This document shows, piece by piece, positions 60,949 through 64,000 of a stretch of DNA of 64,000 bases (within the stretch, counting starts at the first letter, position 1; the number at the start of each line of letters is the position of its first letter). A program made the translations under genes and the position numbers. The notes under the pieces are model-generated. The model saw only the letters and a list, made by a program, of their open reading frames with translations. It was not told the origin of the DNA and ran no database searches. Source of the stretch: an uncultured Acidobacteriota bacterium (GTDB lineage: Bacteria; Acidobacteriota; Thermoanaerobaculia; Gp7-AA8); NCBI GenBank assembly GCA_963822445.1, contig CAWGHO010000003.1, positions 1,568,001 through 1,632,000 on the forward strand, written 5' to 3'.

Positions 60949-61860
60949 ATGTTGATCCGACCGCGAGCCCTGCCCGATCGAGCGCACATCGCCGTTCTCG
61001 CGGCGTCGGGTCCGTCCGAGGTTTCGCGCATTGAAGAAGCTGCGCGGGTGATCGAGCGACGCGGGCACCGCGTCACCCTTGCGCCGAACATCGGGCTGCG
61101 CCATCGCGGGTATCTCGCGGGCTCCGATGACGAGCGGGTGGAAACGCTCAACCGATTCTTTAGGTCTGCGGAGTACGACGCATTTTTCTTTGCCCGCGGC
61201 GGATACGGTGCGATGCGCATTCTCGATCGCATCGATTACCCAGCCATTGCCGCGGATCCGCGTCCCGTCGTCGGCTTCAGCGACGTCACCGCTCTCCATC
61301 AGGCCATGGCCACGCAGGTCAATGTCGCCGGGCTGCATGGGCCGATGCTCAATCTCGACTTTCATGGCGGGCTGTCTGCCGACCGGGAGGAGTGGTTCTG
61401 GTCGATGCTCGCCGGGCAGGCGCCGATGACCTACGACTTCGGATCGGACGACGTCCTCATCGACGGCGAAGCGGAGGGCGTTCTGTTCGGCGGGTGCCTG
61501 GCGTTGACCGCGGCGTTGATGGGAACGCCGTACGACTTCTGGATCGACGGCGGGATCTGGTTCTGGGAAGACACGGACGAGCCGGTCTACCGCATTGATC
61601 GCATGTTGACCCACTTACGGCTGTCTGGCAGAATGCAGCGCATCCGAGGCGTGGTCATTGGTGCGCTGAAGAACTGCGGAAACGAAGCAGAAATGCTGGT
61701 GCTTCTGCGAGATACGTTCGGGTCCCTCGACATCCCAGTCGTCTATAACCTGCCGTTCGGGCACCAGGGAAACAACCTCCTGCTGCCCATCGGTGTACCC
61801 GTCCATCTCGACACTCGCACGCGGCGTCTGACGCTCACTGAGCCCGCGGTCGTCCGATAG
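60949..61860 (+). CDS. LD-carboxypeptidase (peptidase S66)
   Basis: YLAGSD..R, ARGGYG, GFSDVT, HGP, GGCL, EDT.E..YRIDRML, PFGH. Confidence 0.93.
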   Translation: MLIRPRALPDRAHIAVLAASGPSEVSRIEEAARVIERRGHRVTLAPNIGLRHRGYLAGSDDERVETLNRFFRSAEYDAFFFARGGYGAMRILDRIDYPAIAADPRPVVGFSDVTALHQAMATQVNVAGLHGPMLNLDFHGGLSADREEWFWSMLAGQAPMTYDFGSDDVLIDGEAEGVLFGGCLALTAALMGTPYDFWIDGGIWFWEDTDEPVYRIDRMLTHLRLSGRMQRIRGVVIGALKNCGNEAEMLVLLRDTFGSLDIPVVYNLPFGHQGNNLLLPIGVPVHLDTRTRRLTLTEPAVVR

Positions 61861-61873
61861 GGGTCCAGCAGGC

Positions 61874-62655
61874 ATGAAGGCCGTGTTCAAGACAACCGGC
61901 GGGAAAGATCCCGTGAAAGATTCTTCGCTGTCGTTCTCACAGGGTGAGCGCATCTTCTCCCAGGGCGACCTGGGAACGGAGATGTTCATCATCCAGGAGG
62001 GCGAGGTCGAGATCATCAAGCACATCGGCGGGGAGTCGCACACCCTCTCCCGCCTGGAGAAGGGCGACTTCTTCGGCGAGATGGCGTTGCTCGAGGCCAT
62101 GCCGCGAACCGCCGACGCCCTCGCCGTCACCGACGTCAAGCTCGTGGCCATCAACGGTTCCCGCTTCGACGAGATGCTCCGCAAGAACCCGGAAGTCGCG
62201 GTGCGGATCATCCGCAAGTACTCCAAGCGCCTCCGCGAGGCGAACACGCTGCTCGAGAAACTGGCCGGCCGCGAGCTCGACGCGGATCACGTGGCGATGG
62301 ACGCGACCGTCGTCGCCCCGGCCGAGAAAGCCACCCGCCACCGCCTCGTCGACGTCGCCACCGGGACCGCGTTCTTCTTCAGCACCGGCGACGAGACCAC
62401 CATCGGCCGCGCCGACCCCGTCACCGGCATCCTCCCCGACATCGACCTGACCCCGGTCGACAACAACCGCTCCGTCTCCCGCCGCCACGCCAAGATCATC
62501 AAGACCGGCGACGACTACCACGTCCTCGAGGAAGTGGGGACCGTGAACGGCACCTACGTGAACGATCAGCGCATCCCCACCGGCGTGCCGGTGACCCTGC
62601 ACAACGGCGATCTGTGAAGATCGGCCTGATTTCGATGAAGACGGTGTTCGACTAG
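61874..62655 (+). CDS. Cyclic-nucleotide-binding plus FHA domain protein (apparent 1-nt deletion near 62613)
   Basis: GDFFGEMALL...PRTA; FHA IGR, VSRRHA, NGTYVN; the expected tail GDL-VKIGLISMKTVFD* continues in another frame to TAG 62653-62655. Confidence 0.88.
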
Positions 62656-62690
62656 TAAAGTCGCCGTCGCGCGTCCCGCACAATAGATAC

Positions 62691-64000
62691 GTGCCGCCGC
62701 CCACCCCTTCCACCGAGATCCAATACATCAAAGGTGTCAGGCCCGGTCGCGCGGCCGCCCTGAAGGCGGCGCGGGATCGACGACGATCCGCGATCTCCTT
62801 TACTTTTTTCCCTTCCGCTACGAGGACCGCCGCCACCCGACCCGCATCGCCGACCTCGGCCGCACATCGACGTCCCGGTGCTGCTGCGCGGCCGGGTCGT
62901 CTCCGCGCACGCCAGCGTCTCGCCCCGACGCAAGATGCGGCTGTTCGAGGTCGTCCTCGAGGACGGCACTGGCTCGGTGAAGCTGATCTGGTTCAACCAG
63001 CGCTACCTGGCCGATCAGATCAAGCGGGGCGATCAGCTCGCGGTTTACGGCCGCCGCGCGTCGGCACGTACGGCTCGCTGGCCATCGAATCGCCGGATTG
63101 GGAGAAGTTCGAGGGGGATGAGGCTGAGGAAGGAGCGATCGTCCCGATCTACTCGAAGGTCGCCAACATTCCTCCGAAGGCGTTGCGGCGGATTGTGGCC
63201 ACGGCGCTGGAGACGCTTCCGGCGCTACCCGATCCGCTGGCCGAGGACCTCCGCAAGCGTCTCGTTGTCGGCGACCTCGCCAGCGCGCTCCGCGAGATCC
63301 ATCAGCCGCGCGAGCTCACACCGCAGTTCCTCAGCCAGCGCTCGCCTCGCCCATCTCCGGGTGATCCTGCAGGAATTCTTCACCTTCCAGCTCGCGCTGC
63401 GCGTGCGGCGCGTTACCGAAGAGACGAAGAAGAAGACGCGCAAGGTCAACATCGACGAGCCTTGCGCGCCGAGGTCAAAAAGATCCTGCCGTTCAAACTG
63501 ACAGGTGCACAGAAACGTGTGCTACGCGAGATCGCCGCCGACCTGCGCAGCGAGCAGCCGATGTACCGCCTGCTGCAGGGCGACGTCGGCAGCGGCAAGA
63601 CCATCGTCGCCCTCATCGCGGCGATGATCCTGCATCCGCAACGGACACCAGGTCGCGTTGCTCGCACCGACCGAGATTCTGGTCGAGCAGCACTACCAGC
63701 GTATCCGTCAACTACTTGACCAGTCAGTGGTGGTGGCCCGCGCGACCGGTTCGATGAGCGCCGGCGAGCGGCGTACGCTGCAGGCCGGATTACGCGAGGG
63801 CTACATCCAGCTGGCCATCGGCACGCACGCCCTCCTCGAGGAAAAGATCGCTTTCAAGTCCCTCGGCCTGGCCATCGTCGACGAGCAGCACCGCTTCGGC
63901 GTCGAGCAGCGCCAGAAACTTTTTGCAAAGGGTGACCTGCCCGACATCCTGGTCATGACCGCGACGCCGATTCCGCGATCGCTCGCGCTGGCGATCTACG
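62691..64000 (+). CDS. recG: ATP-dependent DNA helicase RecG (3'-truncated, frameshifted in this assembly)
   Basis: IKGV, P.RYEDR, WFNQ, LPF.LTGAQ, RLLQGDVGSGKT, APTEIL..QH, GTHAL, VDEQHRFGV.QR, MTATPIPR. Confidence 0.93.

Noticed and set aside
62691-63650. Programmed ribosomal frameshifting in recG
   Set aside because: Several scattered indels without a consistent slippery-site/stimulator arrangement; assembly error is more parsimonious.

Overview
High-GC bacterial chromosomal segment, most consistent with Acidobacteriota (Thermoanaerobaculia-like). This is inferred from the tandem VWA paralogs, an Oar-type TonB receptor, a sulfatase-TPR protein, DUF4388-type proteins and an RHRAV motif. 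It is mostly housekeeping: mug, lon, rpe, bamD, cpoB-like, def, era, spmAB, lysA, thyA, folA, aspS, aroB, PBP1A, uvrB, uvrC, rnpB and recG. There are two small accessory islets. The first (31.7-34.3 kb) holds a DUF6036-type nucleotidyltransferase pair, a membrane protein and a complete IS481 with a CCTAGG duplication. The second (52.6-53.6 kb) holds HsdR and HicB remnants plus a DUF433/DUF5615 toxin-antitoxin pair. The best candidates for undescribed systems are (i) a promoter-bearing operon of an unannotated 58-aa ORF, a RedB-like CxC thioredoxin-fold protein and a His-rich RedC-like membrane sensor with no kinase domain, and (ii) a translationally coupled wHTH-like / soluble histidine kinase / SET lysine methyltransferase operon. 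Other notable points are several families of palindromic intergenic repeats, some translated in-frame, and pervasive leaderless-gene architecture. Two frameshift-dense zones (about 54.2-55.5 kb and 62.6-63.7 kb) look like sequencing or assembly errors. All family assignments come from motif recognition by eye; no database searches were run.
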